Positions 10,739 to 20,154 of a stretch of 64,000 nt of DNA are shown piece after piece (the first letter of the stretch is position 1; each line of letters begins with the position of its first letter). The stretch lies in NCBI GenBank assembly GCA_946405185.1, contig CAMJGH010000002.1, positions 5,761-69,760 of the forward strand, in the 5' to 3' direction. Source of the DNA: an uncultured Lachnospiraceae bacterium (GTDB taxonomy: Bacteria > Bacillota > Clostridia > Lachnospirales > Lachnospiraceae). Below the pieces are notes generated by a model, which did not search any database, was not told where the DNA came from, and worked only from the letters and a program-made list of their open reading frames with translations. The translations under genes and the position numbers were made by a program.

Positions 10739-13405
10739 ATGTTGCGAAACGGTGCATTTGTGGGAGACCGCTACGAGATCATCAGCCAGATCGGCTCCGG
10801 CGGCATGTCGGATGTCTATAAGGCCAGGGATCACAAGCTTAACCGCCAGGTAGCGATCAAAGTCCTGAAAGACGAATTTTCCAAGAACCAGGCGTTTGTC
10901 ACGCGTTTCCGGGTGGAGGCTCAGGCCGCTGCCAAGCTGTCGCACCCGAACATCGTCTCCATTTACGATGTCGGCGACGAATCGGCGCTGCATTACATCG
11001 TCATGGAGCTGGTCGAAGGCATCACGCTGAAAGACTACATCGCCCACAAGGGCACCCTGGAGAACCGCGAGGCCACCGGCATCGCCATCCAGGTGGCCCA
11101 AGGCCTGGAAGCCGCCCACGCGCAGAAGATCGTCCACCGGGACATCAAGCCGCAGAACATCATCATCAGCCGCGAAGGCAAGGTGAAGGTGATGGACTTC
11201 GGTATCGCCAAGGCGGTCACCGGCGATACCATCAATTCCGAGGCCATGGGCTCCGTGCACTACATCTCGCCGGAGCAGGCCCGCGGCGGGTACTGCGACA
11301 CCCGCAGCGACATCTATTCCCTCGGCATCACGCTGTACGAGATGCTGACCGGCCAGGTGCCGTTTGACGGCGACAACTCCGTCTCCGTGGCGCTGGCCCA
11401 CATCCAGGAGCCCATCGTTCCGCCGCGCATGCTGGTCACCTCCATCACGCCGGCTCTCGAAAAGATCATCCTCAAGTGCACGCAGAAACAGTCGGACGCG
11501 CGCTATCCGAACGTCACCGCCCTGGTGACGGACCTGCGCAAGTCCCTCATTGATCCTACGGGCGCATTTGTGACCCTCAACCCCGCTGGCGCCGCGGCGG
11601 CTGCCGCATCAGCCAGCGCCGTGGACCAGGCAGGCATCGGCCAGGGCGGCACCGGCATCTCGGTGATGCCGACCGTGCAGGCTGCCGGCACCGCAGAGGG
11701 TCCCGCCGTTATCGAAGCGGAAGAGCACGCCGCTCTCTATCAGGAGACGGATGATCCCGCCCCCGCAAACAATGACCGCCGCAACTACGCCGGCATGATC
11801 AACGACGGGGATTACTTCGGAGAACCCGATGACGACGAGGATGAGGACGATGACCGTCCCACCGTCGGCGACCGCGTCACGCTGGTCATGACCATCGTGC
11901 TGGCCGTGGCCATCCTGCTGCTGGCGCTCTACATCATCGGGCGTCTGACCGGCATCATCCCCACCAAATCCACTGTGGTCACCGAGACGGAGAGCCAGAC
12001 GGTCACCACCGAAGAGGCCACGCTGCCCGCCAACCAGACCTACATGCCTGACCTCTCCGGCAACACCGAAGAGGAAGCCCGCCGCGCGCTGAACGAGGCC
12101 GGCCTCGGCATGGAGCCCGCCTACGAGTATAACGATACCGTTCCCAAGGGGACCGTTGTCAGCCAGGATATCCAGGCGGATACCGTGGTGGACAAGAACC
12201 AGCGCATCAAGGTGATCATCAGCAACGGCCCGAACAATGTCCAGATCAACAAGGCGGACCTGCTCGGCAAGACCGAAACCGAAGTAGGCGTGCTGCTGCG
12301 CTCGCAGGGCATCGATCTGGAGGCGCTGGACATCGAGATCATCACCATGAGCCAGTATAACGACGAATATCCGGAAGGCACCGTCTGCGGCGTGCTGCCG
12401 GATTCCGAGACCGGCACCATCACGCTGACGCCCGGCAACAGCATGATCCTGTACATCTCCAGCGGCAAGCGCATCCAGACCTTCCGCATGCCGAACTACG
12501 TGAACCATCAGAACGCGGACGTGGTCAAGCCGACGCTGGAAGAGCGCGGCTGCACCGTGGAGCTGCAGTATCAGTACAGCGAGGATGTGGCCGAAGGCCT
12601 GATCATCTCGCAGAACATCGCCGAAGGCACCGAGGTGTCCGAAGGCACGCACATCGTGTTTGTGGTCAGCCAGGGCAAGCAGCCGTACGAGATGCCGAAC
12701 TACGTTGGCCTGAAGATCGAAGACGTGACCAAGGTGCTGGATGAAGCCGAACTTCCGTATGAGATCCAGTACGAGACCGTCACGGAAGAGGCGCAGGACG
12801 GCATCGTGAGCGCGCAGAGCATTCCGGAAGGCGATAGCTTCACGACCGATCAGACGCTGGTGCTGACGGTGGGCAAACTCAAAGGAGAAGCTAACGTACC
12901 GGATTCTGCCAAACCCGGAAATCTGTGGTCAAATGTATATTCTGATTTTGCCGCTTTACAATTAGATCTTGATATAAAGACTTCTGAACAATATGACGAC
13001 ACTTACAGCACTCCTGGAATGATTGTTTCAATCACTCCTGAAGCTGGCAGTACTATTGAAAGATACGGCACGGTAACGGTAGTTGTAAGTCTAGGACAAA
13101 AGACCACGGCCAACCCTGTAACCGTTGGTATGGATGCTAATGCTGCTCATGATGCACTATTGGCCCTTCAATGGAATTTGAAGATTGTCTTCAAAGACAC
13201 ATCTGGTAATGAGCTGAATAATGATAACGGAGAGCTTGATGGGTGGACTGTTACAACTGTTACTCCCGAAGGACCGTTGGAACATAGCAACACAGTTACC
13301 ATGTTTGTGACTCCGCCTCAAGCACAGCCTGAGCCTCAGACAGAAGGAACAACTGCTGCTACAGAGCCTGCCACAGAACCCCCCGCGGAAGGTGCCAACG
13401 AATGA
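10739..13405 (+). CDS. prkC: PASTA-domain Ser/Thr protein kinase (PrkC/StkP family)
   Basis: Hanks kinase motifs 'GSGGMSDVYKA', 'HRDIKPQNI', 'DFGIA' and 'SPEQA'. Acidic linker, one TM ('VTLVMTIVLAVAILLLALYIIG'), then four clear PASTA repeats plus two PASTA-like repeats in a low-GC 3' segment. Confidence 0.92.
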   Translation: MLRNGAFVGDRYEIISQIGSGGMSDVYKARDHKLNRQVAIKVLKDEFSKNQAFVTRFRVEAQAAAKLSHPNIVSIYDVGDESALHYIVMELVEGITLKDYIAHKGTLENREATGIAIQVAQGLEAAHAQKIVHRDIKPQNIIISREGKVKVMDFGIAKAVTGDTINSEAMGSVHYISPEQARGGYCDTRSDIYSLGITLYEMLTGQVPFDGDNSVSVALAHIQEPIVPPRMLVTSITPALEKIILKCTQKQSDARYPNVTALVTDLRKSLIDPTGAFVTLNPAGAAAAAASASAVDQAGIGQGGTGISVMPTVQAAGTAEGPAVIEAEEHAALYQETDDPAPANNDRRNYAGMINDGDYFGEPDDDEDEDDDRPTVGDRVTLVMTIVLAVAILLLALYIIGRLTGIIPTKSTVVTETESQTVTTEEATLPANQTYMPDLSGNTEEEARRALNEAGLGMEPAYEYNDTVPKGTVVSQDIQADTVVDKNQRIKVIISNGPNNVQINKADLLGKTETEVGVLLRSQGIDLEALDIEIITMSQYNDEYPEGTVCGVLPDSETGTITLTPGNSMILYISSGKRIQTFRMPNYVNHQNADVVKPTLEERGCTVELQYQYSEDVAEGLIISQNIAEGTEVSEGTHIVFVVSQGKQPYEMPNYVGLKIEDVTKVLDEAELPYEIQYETVTEEAQDGIVSAQSIPEGDSFTTDQTLVLTVGKLKGEANVPDSAKPGNLWSNVYSDFAALQLDLDIKTSEQYDDTYSTPGMIVSITPEAGSTIERYGTVTVVVSLGQKTTANPVTVGMDANAAHDALLALQWNLKIVFKDTSGNELNNDNGELDGWTVTTVTPEGPLEHSNTVTMFVTPPQAQPEPQTEGTTAATEPATEPPAEGANE

Positions 13406-14283
13406 TGACCGGTACCATCCTCCGGGGTGTCGGCGGATTCTACTACATTCAGACCGAAACCGGAGACATCTGGTGCTGCCGGGCGCGGGGGATCTTCCGC
13501 AAGCAGGGGGTCCGCCCGCTGCCCGGCGACATCGCCTCCTTTGAGATCACGCACGAGGGGGATGCCGAAGGCAGCATCACGGATATCCATCCGCGCAGAA
13601 GCGAGCTGCTGCGGCCGGCCGTGGCCAACGCGGACCAGTCGCTGGCGGTGTTTGCCATGAAAGATCCGGAGCCGTCGCCCAACCTGATCGACCGGGTGCT
13701 GCTCCATATGAAGACCCGCGAAATGCCGGTGCTGCTAGTGTTCCAGAAACGCGACCTGGCCGGCGCCAAGCGGGAAGCCTACCTGCGGGAGCTCTACGCC
13801 GGGTGCGGTGCGGAGCTGTTCTTTGTGAGCGCCCGGACAGGAGAGGGCGTTGACGCGCTGCGGGAACGTCTGGCGGGCCATATCACCGTGATGGCCGGCC
13901 CTTCCGGCGTGGGCAAATCCACGCTCTTAAACCGCCTGTGCGGCGCCGAGCAGATGGAGACCGGCGGCCTGTCCGAAAAGATCCGCCGCGGCCGCCATAC
14001 CACGCGCTACACGGAGCTGTTCCCGCTTCCCGACGGCGGTTTTCTCTTTGATACCCCCGGCTTTGGATCGCTCATCCTGCCGGAGATGGAGCCGGAAGAC
14101 CTGGCTTCCTGGTATCCCGAATTTCAGAATGAGATCGGATGCTGCCGCTTTGCCGGCTGCGTCCATATGGGTGAGACGGACTGTGGTGTGAAAGATGCCG
14201 TCAGGCTGGGAAGGATCCCGGCGCCCCGATATCAGAATTACCGGATCTTCTTTGAAGAGCTGGAAGCTGCGCGGAGGTATTGA
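13402..14283 (+). CDS. rsgA: Ribosome small-subunit-dependent GTPase A
   Basis: Circularly permuted GTPase with 'VFQKRDL' and 'GPSGVGKSTLLN'. Zinc knuckle 'CRFAGCVHMGETDC'. ATGA overlap with the prkC stop. Confidence 0.92.
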   Translation: MMTGTILRGVGGFYYIQTETGDIWCCRARGIFRKQGVRPLPGDIASFEITHEGDAEGSITDIHPRRSELLRPAVANADQSLAVFAMKDPEPSPNLIDRVLLHMKTREMPVLLVFQKRDLAGAKREAYLRELYAGCGAELFFVSARTGEGVDALRERLAGHITVMAGPSGVGKSTLLNRLCGAEQMETGGLSEKIRRGRHTTRYTELFPLPDGGFLFDTPGFGSLILPEMEPEDLASWYPEFQNEIGCCRFAGCVHMGETDCGVKDAVRLGRIPAPRYQNYRIFFEELEAARRY

Positions 14284-14981
14284 TGAGACCCTTCATACTG
14301 GACCCCTCTCTGTTATCAGCTGATTACGGAAACCTGGCAGCGGATCTGGCCGCTCTGGAGGCTTCCGGCACGCATGCCGTCCATTTTGACATGATGGACG
14401 GTCTCTTTGTGCCCAGCATCTCCATGGGCTTTCCCGTGCTGAAGGCCGTACGGGCCAACACCAGGCTCCCGGTGGATGTGCACATGATGGTCGAAACGCC
14501 CATCCGCTACGTTGACCAGTGTGCAGCCTCCGGTGCCGACTGGATCACCATCCATCACGAAGCCTGTCACGGGCGCGGCAAAGAGACGCTGGCGCACATC
14601 CGCAAGCTCGGGTGCAAGGCCGGTCTGTCCATCAAGCCGGAGACGCCTGTGGAGGTGCTGCGGGATTACCTGGACGACGCGGATCTGTTCCTCATCATGT
14701 GCGTCCAGCCGGGATTCGGCGGCCAGGCGTACATTCCCGAGAGCACGGAACGCATCCGCCAGACCGCAGAGATGATCCGCCAGTCCGGCAAGCCCATCGA
14801 CCTGCAGGTGGACGGCGGCATCAGCAAGAGACGCCTGGCCATGGTCCTGGAAGCCGGTGCCAACGTGGTGGTGGCCGGCACCTGCCTGTTCCGGCATTCC
14901 ATTCCGGCCAACATCAAGGAGTTTTTGACCATCATGGACGACGTGGACCGGAAGCGCCGGAATGCTGCTTCCGCCAACTGA
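14283..14981 (+). CDS. rpe: Ribulose-phosphate 3-epimerase
   Basis: 'HFDMMDGLFVP', 'DVHMMV' and 'VDGGI' motifs. The ATG overlaps the rsgA stop. An in-frame TTG at 14280 is the alternative start. Confidence 0.92.
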   Translation: MRPFILDPSLLSADYGNLAADLAALEASGTHAVHFDMMDGLFVPSISMGFPVLKAVRANTRLPVDVHMMVETPIRYVDQCAASGADWITIHHEACHGRGKETLAHIRKLGCKAGLSIKPETPVEVLRDYLDDADLFLIMCVQPGFGGQAYIPESTERIRQTAEMIRQSGKPIDLQVDGGISKRRLAMVLEAGANVVVAGTCLFRHSIPANIKEFLTIMDDVDRKRRNAASAN

Positions 14982-15084
14982 CCCGCAAAAGATATTTGAA
15001 ATTGCTGCTTTTTTAAAGGACAGTCTGCGGTATACTCCTTTCATTGCATCCCGGACATTCGAATGGATGCGAAAGGAGGGTACC

Positions 15085-15666
15085 ATGGAAAAGAAGAAAG
15101 CGAAACCTGTTATCGTGCTCGTGGAAGCGGCGCTCATTGCGGCTCTGTCCTACGTCGTCTTCACGTTCCTGAAGATCCCGGTGGCTACTGCTGCGGGCAA
15201 GTCCACATACATTCATGTGGGCAATGCGTTTGCCGCACTCGGTGCCTTCCTGATCGGCGGGCCGTGGGGCGGTCTGGCCGCCGGCATCGGCATGGCCTTC
15301 GGCGATCTGTTCCTGGGGGATCCGATCAACGCCGTCAAGACCGTCATCTGCAAGCTGATCATCGGTCTGGTGGCCGGCCTCATCGGCAACCGGCTGCTGA
15401 AAGTCAACTCTGTGGAGAAGGCCGGCGAGCGCACCGTCAAGGTGACCGCAGCCGCTGCCATCGCGCTGCTGGTCAATGTGGTCACCGACCCGTTCCTGGG
15501 GTATCTGCGCAACCGCTATATCTACGAGCTTGACGTGAACGTGTCGTCGATCACCGCCAAGCTGACGAGCGGCATCACGTTCATCAACGCCATCATCAGC
15601 ACCATCGCCGCGGTCCTGCTGTATCAGGCCCTGCGTCCGGCGCTGAAAAAACTGGGATATCTGTAA
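15085..15666 (+). CDS. Polytopic membrane protein, ECF-transporter S-component-like (substrate unknown)
   Basis: ATG 4 nt after 'AAAGGAGGG'. About 5-6 hydrophobic helices with Gly-rich helix faces ('GGPWGGLAAGIGMAFGDLFLG'). Size and pattern resemble ECF S components. No diagnostic motif recognised. Confidence 0.45.
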   Translation: MEKKKAKPVIVLVEAALIAALSYVVFTFLKIPVATAAGKSTYIHVGNAFAALGAFLIGGPWGGLAAGIGMAFGDLFLGDPINAVKTVICKLIIGLVAGLIGNRLLKVNSVEKAGERTVKVTAAAAIALLVNVVTDPFLGYLRNRYIYELDVNVSSITAKLTSGITFINAIISTIAAVLLYQALRPALKKLGYL

Positions 15667-15683
15667 CGGAAGATTCGTTAGGG

Positions 15684-15717
15684 CCTCCTCCGCACAGGTT
15701 CCGGAGGAGGTCTTTTT
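15684..15717 (+). terminator. Rho-independent terminator whose 3' arm contains the maf Shine-Dalgarno
   Basis: Stem 'CCTCCTCCG' (15684-15692) pairs with 'CGGAGGAGG' (15702-15710), followed by 'TCTTTTT'. The maf ATG is at 15718. Confidence 0.6.
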
Positions 15718-16302
15718 ATGAAAAAGCTGATCCTGGCATCCGCCTCGCCCAGACGCCGCGAGCTGCTCGCGCGTCTGACGGCGGATTATACCATCATGAT
15801 CTGTCACGATGAGGAGCATTCCGATGCGGAAGCTCCTTTTCTTCGTGTTCAGGAGCTGGCCGCCCACAAGGCGCGCGCCATCGCCGCCCAGCTGCCGGCG
15901 AAAGAGAAGGCCGTCATCATCGGCTCCGATACGCTGGTGGCAATGGGGCACCGGATCTACGGAAAGCCTTCTGATGCCGACGATGCCTGCCGGATGCTGC
16001 GGGAACTCTCCGGCAAGACCCATCACGTGCACACGGGCGTCTGCCTGATCGACACCGAGACGGGAGAGGAAGACCGCTTCACCGTGTCCACGGCCGTCAC
16101 CTTTGCCGACCTGTCGGAAGAGGACATCCGCCGCTACGTGGCCACCGGCGACCCGCTGGACAAAGCCGGCGCCTACGCCGCGCAGGGGCTTTTCTCCCCC
16201 TATGTGGAGAAGATCGACGGCAATTTCGATGCCGTCGTGGGCCTGCCTATGTGTGAACTGCGCAAACACCTCAAAAACCACGGCCTTCCGGGCTTGTCAT
16301 AA
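15718..16302 (+). CDS. maf: Maf-family nucleoside triphosphate pyrophosphatase
   Basis: 'LILASASPRRRELL', 'GSDT' and 'GAYAAQG' motifs. Confidence 0.9.
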   Translation: MKKLILASASPRRRELLARLTADYTIMICHDEEHSDAEAPFLRVQELAAHKARAIAAQLPAKEKAVIIGSDTLVAMGHRIYGKPSDADDACRMLRELSGKTHHVHTGVCLIDTETGEEDRFTVSTAVTFADLSEEDIRRYVATGDPLDKAGAYAAQGLFSPYVEKIDGNFDAVVGLPMCELRKHLKNHGLPGLS

Positions 16303-16313
16303 AAACCGTTCTT

Positions 16314-17306
16314 TTGTACAATATGACTATGAGATCAAAAACACTTCTCATCGCGATCCTGGTATTCTCACTCCTGGCCGCCTCCTGCGGCAGCCGGGAT
16401 TCTTCGCATGCGGACGTCGGCTTTACGCCCAACGAAGTCTGCGCGCTCGGGCCTCTGTCGCTCACACGTGACGGCGCCGTCTATCTATATGGGTCGATGG
16501 CTGCCTCCAGCGCCTCCTCCTACGGTGCTGCCGTGGGCGAAGGCGAAGCGGAGCGCGCCGCCTATGAACAGTGGCTGCTGACCACCCTGATGCCGGAAGA
16601 GTTTTCGGCGCTGGCCGCTCTGAACGTGATCGCGGCCGAAGAGGGGCTGTCGCTGTCCAACCGGGATGATTCGGCCATCCGCGCTGTCATCACCGAGGAC
16701 ATCGTCCTGACACTCGACGACGGCTCGTTTTATACCGTTCCCAAGGAGACGGTCTGGCAGCTGCTGAAAGCCTACCGCCTGGCGGATATGGCCATTTCCC
16801 GGCTGTCCGAAAACATCTCCATCTCGGTCAGCGACGACGAAGTGCGCGTCATCAGCATAAGGCAGCTTCTGCTGGCGGACTCCGGCGAAGCCATGGGCGT
16901 CTTCACCAGCCTCGAGGAGGGCGAACCGTTTGAAGCGGTAGTCGGTATGTACGCCGGCAGCACCCTGCGGCAGATGACGCTGCGCCGGGGCGGAGAGGAC
17001 AAGGTGCTCGAAGATGCCGCCTTCGCCTTAAAGACCGGCGAGTACAGCATGCCGGTCAACTGCGCGGACGGATGGTGCATCCTGTACTGCGACAGCGAGT
17101 ATGACCCCTCGCTCACCCGCGAGAACCGCAGCCAGCTCCTTCGGGAAGCCCGCGAGAACGCCTGGCTCTCCCGCGTGGAAGAGACGCTGGCCGGGCAGGT
17201 GCTCTACCGCAACGCAGACCTGGCCGACAACCTGGTGCTGGCCGAACCGGCCGCCGAAGACAGCCTCTTTGCGCTGTACCGCCGCGTCTTCCCGGACGCC
17301 GGCTGA
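16314..17306 (+). CDS. Lipoprotein with degenerate parvulin-type (PpiC/PrsA-like) PPIase domain
   Basis: Signal peptide plus lipobox 'LLAASCGS'. C-terminal pattern '[11 protein letters not shown]...[37 protein letters not shown]' resembles a parvulin fold. The start may be one of the downstream Mets (MTMRSK). Confidence 0.55.
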   Translation: MYNMTMRSKTLLIAILVFSLLAASCGSRDSSHADVGFTPNEVCALGPLSLTRDGAVYLYGSMAASSASSYGAAVGEGEAERAAYEQWLLTTLMPEEFSALAALNVIAAEEGLSLSNRDDSAIRAVITEDIVLTLDDGSFYTVPKETVWQLLKAYRLADMAISRLSENISISVSDDEVRVISIRQLLLADSGEAMGVFTSLEEGEPFEAVVGMYAGSTLRQMTLRRGGEDKVLEDAAFALKTGEYSMPVNCADGWCILYCDSEYDPSLTRENRSQLLREARENAWLSRVEETLAGQVLYRNADLADNLVLAEPAAEDSLFALYRRVFPDAG

Positions 17307-17365
17307 CCCCCACGAACCTCATAACAAGTGACCATACAATGCTTATGAACGGAGGGAAGGAAACC

Positions 17366-18862
17366 ATGCCAAACTATGTGATGGCCCTGGACCAGGGCAC
17401 AACGTCGAGCCGCTGCATCCTGTTTGACAAGAGCGGCAATATCTGCAGCATGGCGCAGCGGGAGTTTGAGCAGATCTATCCGCAGCCCGGCTGGGTGGAG
17501 CACGATCCCATGTCCATCTGGTCTTCGCAGATCAGCGTGGCCGCCGAGGCCATGTCGCGCATCAATGCCGAATCCGCGGACATCGCCGCCGTCGGCATCA
17601 CCAACCAGCGCGAGACCACCATCATCTGGAACAAAGAGACCGGCCGGCCCATCTACAACGCCATTGTCTGGCAGTGCCGCCGCACGTCCGAGATGATCGA
17701 CGCCATCGTGGCCAAGGGGTACGGTGACATGATCCGCGAGAAGACCGGTCTCATCCCGGACGCCTATTTCTCCGGCTCCAAGATCCGCTGGATCCTGGAC
17801 CACGTGGAGGGTGCGGACGAGATGGCCAAAGCCGGCAAGCTGCTGTTCGGCACCGTGGAAACCTGGATCATCTGGAACCTGACGAAGGGCCGCGTACACG
17901 TGACGGACTACACCAACGCCTCCCGCACCATGCTCTTCAACATCCATACGCTGGACTGGGACGATGAGATCCTGAAGATCTTTGACATCCCGCGGTGCAT
18001 GCTGCCGGAAGTCAAGCCTTCTTCCTGCATCTACGGCCGTACGGACAGCGAAGCCATCGGCACCGGCATCCCGATCGCCGGCGCGGCGGGAGACCAGCAG
18101 AGCGCCCTGTTCGGGCAGTGCGGCTTTGAAGCCGGCTCCGCCAAGAACACCTACGGCACCGGTTGCTTCCTGCTGATGAACACCGGCAGAGAAGCCGTCA
18201 CCTCGCACAACGGCCTGCTGACCACCATCGCGGCATCGGAGGCCGGCGAAGTGCAGTACGTGCTGGAAGGCAGCGTCTTTGTGGGCGGTGCCTCCATCCA
18301 GTGGCTGCGCGACGAGATGCAGGTCATCCGCCACGCTGCGGAATCCGAACAGCGCGCCCTCGAAGTACCGGATACCGCCGGCGCCTACGTGGTCCCGGCC
18401 TTCACGGGCCTTGGCGCCCCTCACTGGGACCAGTACGCCCGCGGCGCCGTGGTGGGCATCACCCGCGGCTTCGGCGTGAACCACCTGATCCGCGCCACGC
18501 TCGAATCCATCGGCTACCAGGTGGCCGACATCGTGCGCGCCATGGAGGCTGATGCCGGTGTCCCCATCACCAGCCTGAAGGTGGACGGCGGTGCTTCCGC
18601 CAACAACTTCCTGATGCAGTTCCAGGCCGATATCCTCAACACCACCGTGGAGCGCCCGCAGTGCATCGAGACCACCGCGCTCGGCGCCGCCTACCTGGCG
18701 GGCCTGGCCGTCGGCTACTGGAAAGACAAGGATGACATCCGCCAGAACTGGCAGTTGGGCAGGTCCTTCATGCCCACCATGTCGTCCGAAACCCGCATGA
18801 AGCTGATGAACGGGTGGCATAAGGCGGTCAAGCGTTCCTTTGCCTGGGCTTCCGAAGACTGA
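17366..18862 (+). CDS. glpK: Glycerol kinase
   Basis: '[18 protein letters not shown]', 'GITNQRETT' and '[10 protein letters not shown]'. ATG preceded by 'GGAGGGAAGG'. Confidence 0.95.
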   Translation: MPNYVMALDQGTTSSRCILFDKSGNICSMAQREFEQIYPQPGWVEHDPMSIWSSQISVAAEAMSRINAESADIAAVGITNQRETTIIWNKETGRPIYNAIVWQCRRTSEMIDAIVAKGYGDMIREKTGLIPDAYFSGSKIRWILDHVEGADEMAKAGKLLFGTVETWIIWNLTKGRVHVTDYTNASRTMLFNIHTLDWDDEILKIFDIPRCMLPEVKPSSCIYGRTDSEAIGTGIPIAGAAGDQQSALFGQCGFEAGSAKNTYGTGCFLLMNTGREAVTSHNGLLTTIAASEAGEVQYVLEGSVFVGGASIQWLRDEMQVIRHAAESEQRALEVPDTAGAYVVPAFTGLGAPHWDQYARGAVVGITRGFGVNHLIRATLESIGYQVADIVRAMEADAGVPITSLKVDGGASANNFLMQFQADILNTTVERPQCIETTALGAAYLAGLAVGYWKDKDDIRQNWQLGRSFMPTMSSETRMKLMNGWHKAVKRSFAWASED

Positions 18863-18881
18863 CGGTCCTTCTGTATAAAAG

Positions 18882-18915
18882 AGGCAGGTTCCTTCCGGCA
18901 AGAAGGAACCTGCCT
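18882..18915 (+). terminator. Terminator-like hairpin after glpK
   Basis: 14-bp stem 'AGGCAGGTTCCTTC' / 'GAAGGAACCTGCCT'. The downstream T tract is weak ('TCCTGTTATTT'). Confidence 0.5.
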
Positions 18916-18986
18916 TCCTGTTATTTATGGGTAACATCACGCATACTGTGGGCATTGTTTTATGCCTTAGCACAGAAAGTGATCCT

Positions 18987-19319
18987 ATGAAAGACCCCCA
19001 GATCATCCGTTTCCTGTTTCGCCTGCACGCCAGTGCACACTACAGCGGCTTTTACCCGATGGCCGAATGCCTGTACCACCTGACCGAGACGGAAGAGGCC
19101 GCCTCCCGCATCATCCGCGATGTCCTGAAGCCGGTCTCCCGGCTGTACGGCATCAGCGAGCACGCCCTCTACCGGCGCCTGGAAACGCTGGTGCGCGTGA
19201 TGTACCGGGAAGCACCGCCGGATATCTGGGACGAACTCATGCTGCCGCTGAAGCGGGAGCCGAGCGTGGGGCAGTTTCTGTCCGCGGCTGCGCTGTACCT
19301 GCTGTATGAAGAAAAGTGA
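18987..19319 (+). CDS. Small stand-alone Spo0A C-terminal (Spo0A_C)-like DNA-binding domain protein
   Basis: Pattern match to the Spo0A effector domain: 'HYSGFYPMAECLY' (cf. H-KGY-Y), 'VLKPVSRLYGISEHALYRRLETLVRVMY' (cf. LYP-IAKK...VERAIRHAI) and 'EPSVGQFLSAAALYL' (cf. KPTNSEFI). No receiver domain. Start uncertain (18927 or 18987). Confidence 0.45.
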   Translation: MKDPQIIRFLFRLHASAHYSGFYPMAECLYHLTETEEAASRIIRDVLKPVSRLYGISEHALYRRLETLVRVMYREAPPDIWDELMLPLKREPSVGQFLSAAALYLLYEEK

Positions 19320-19320
19320 A

Positions 19321-19370
19321 CGCAAAAATACCGGCCGGAAGCCACGTGGTTTCAGGCCGGTATATTTGCG
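19321..19370. terminator. Bidirectional terminator between the Spo0A_C-like gene and lexA
   Basis: 'CGCAAAAATACCGGCC...GGCCGGTATATTTGCG' forms a long hairpin flanked by A/T runs on both strands, between convergent genes. Confidence 0.65.
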
Positions 19371-19371
19371 T

Positions 19372-19992
19372 TTAAGCGAGATAGCGGAAGACGCCGATGA
19401 CGGTGCCCAGCACCTCACAGTGATCCACGATGATGGGATCCATGAAGTCATTTTCGGGCTGCAGGCGGTAATGCCCGTTTTCCTTGTAGAAGCGCTTGAC
19501 GGTGGCGGAATCCTCCACCAGGGCTACGACCACCTCGCCGTTGCGGGCGGTGTGGGCTTCGCGGACGAAGACCTGGTCACCGTCCAGGATGCCGATGTTC
19601 ACCATGCTGTCCCCGTGGACGCGCAGGGCGAAGACGCGGTCCATACCCGTTATGTAGCCGGCGGGAAGCGGGAAGTACTCCTCGATGTTCTGCTCGGCGA
19701 AGATGGGCTCACCGGCGGCCACGCGGCCGATCACCGGAACGGAGACGGTCTCCGTGAAGAGGTCCGGCTCGTTCTCATCGACGATCTCGATGGCGCGGGG
19801 CTTGGTGGGGTCACGGCGTATGTAGCCGTTCTTTTCCAGAGAGGACAGGTGGGCGTGCACCGAAGAGGTGGACTTCAGGCTGACTGCTTCGCAGATCTCA
19901 CGGACCGAGGGCGGATAGCCTTTGGCGCGCACCTGCGCTTTCATGTAATCCAGGATCTCCTGCTGCTTGGGAGTGATGGGACCGTAGCTCAT
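19372..19992 (-). CDS. lexA: LexA repressor (SOS regulator, S24 self-cleaving)
   Basis: Winged-HTH N-terminus '[13 protein letters not shown]...GYPPSVREI', cleavage region 'VAAGEP' and the S24 Ser/Lys domain. AGGAGG lies 8 nt upstream of the ATG. Confidence 0.95.
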   Translation of the reverse strand: MSYGPITPKQQEILDYMKAQVRAKGYPPSVREICEAVSLKSTSSVHAHLSSLEKNGYIRRDPTKPRAIEIVDENEPDLFTETVSVPVIGRVAAGEPIFAEQNIEEYFPLPAGYITGMDRVFALRVHGDSMVNIGILDGDQVFVREAHTARNGEVVVALVEDSATVKRFYKENGHYRLQPENDFMDPIIVDHCEVLGTVIGVFRYLA

Positions 19993-20015
19993 GGTGATGA
20001 CCTCCTGTCAGGGCA

Positions 20016-20029
20016 CAAACATGTGTTCT
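20016..20029. promoter_or_regulatory. Cheo/LexA box (1 mismatch) just downstream of the lexA -10
   Basis: Minus-strand 'AGAACACATGTTTG' gives GAAC-N4-GTTT against the GAAC-N4-GTTC consensus. Confidence 0.6.
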
Positions 20030-20035
20030 GAACAC

Positions 20036-20064
20036 AGTATAGCACAGCAGAGGGCGGAATGCAA
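20036..20064 (-). promoter_or_regulatory. Putative sigma-A promoter of lexA
   Basis: Minus strand reads TTGCAT (20064-20059), a 17-nt spacer ending in TGC, then TATACT (20041-20036). Confidence 0.55.
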
Positions 20065-20088
20065 ACGTATGTTTCGAAAATATGTTCG
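20062..20088. promoter_or_regulatory. Two abutting LexA-box-like sites
   Basis: 'CAAACGTATGTTTC' (2 mismatches) shares one base with 'CGAAAATATGTTCG' (1 mismatch). Both overlap the lexA -35. Confidence 0.5.
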
Positions 20089-20097
20089 ATTTTCCGC

Positions 20098-20126
20098 TTG
20101 ACAAACGTATGTTCGGGTGCTATTCT
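20098..20126 (+). promoter_or_regulatory. Putative sigma-A promoter of the yneA-like gene with a LexA box in its spacer
   Basis: TTGACA (20098-20103), 17-nt spacer, extended -10 'TGCTATTCT'. The spacer contains 'CAAACGTATGTTCG' (20102-20115, 1 mismatch to the Cheo box). Confidence 0.6.
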
Positions 20127-20140
20127 GTGTTCACAGCCAT

Positions 20141-20154
20141 CGAACAAACGTTCC
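20141..20154. promoter_or_regulatory. Consensus Cheo/LexA box in the yneA-like 5' UTR
   Basis: 'CGAACAAACGTTCC' is a perfect GAAC-N4-GTTC. Confidence 0.75.

Noticed and set aside
15046-15084. Possible small riboswitch (preQ1/TPP-like) in the leader of the ECF-S-like transporter gene: hairpin GCATCC/GGATGC abutting the SD.
   Set aside because: The sequence does not match the conserved cores of preQ1-I/II or TPP riboswitches as I remember them. A 6-bp stem alone is not evidence. An Rfam/Infernal scan would settle it.
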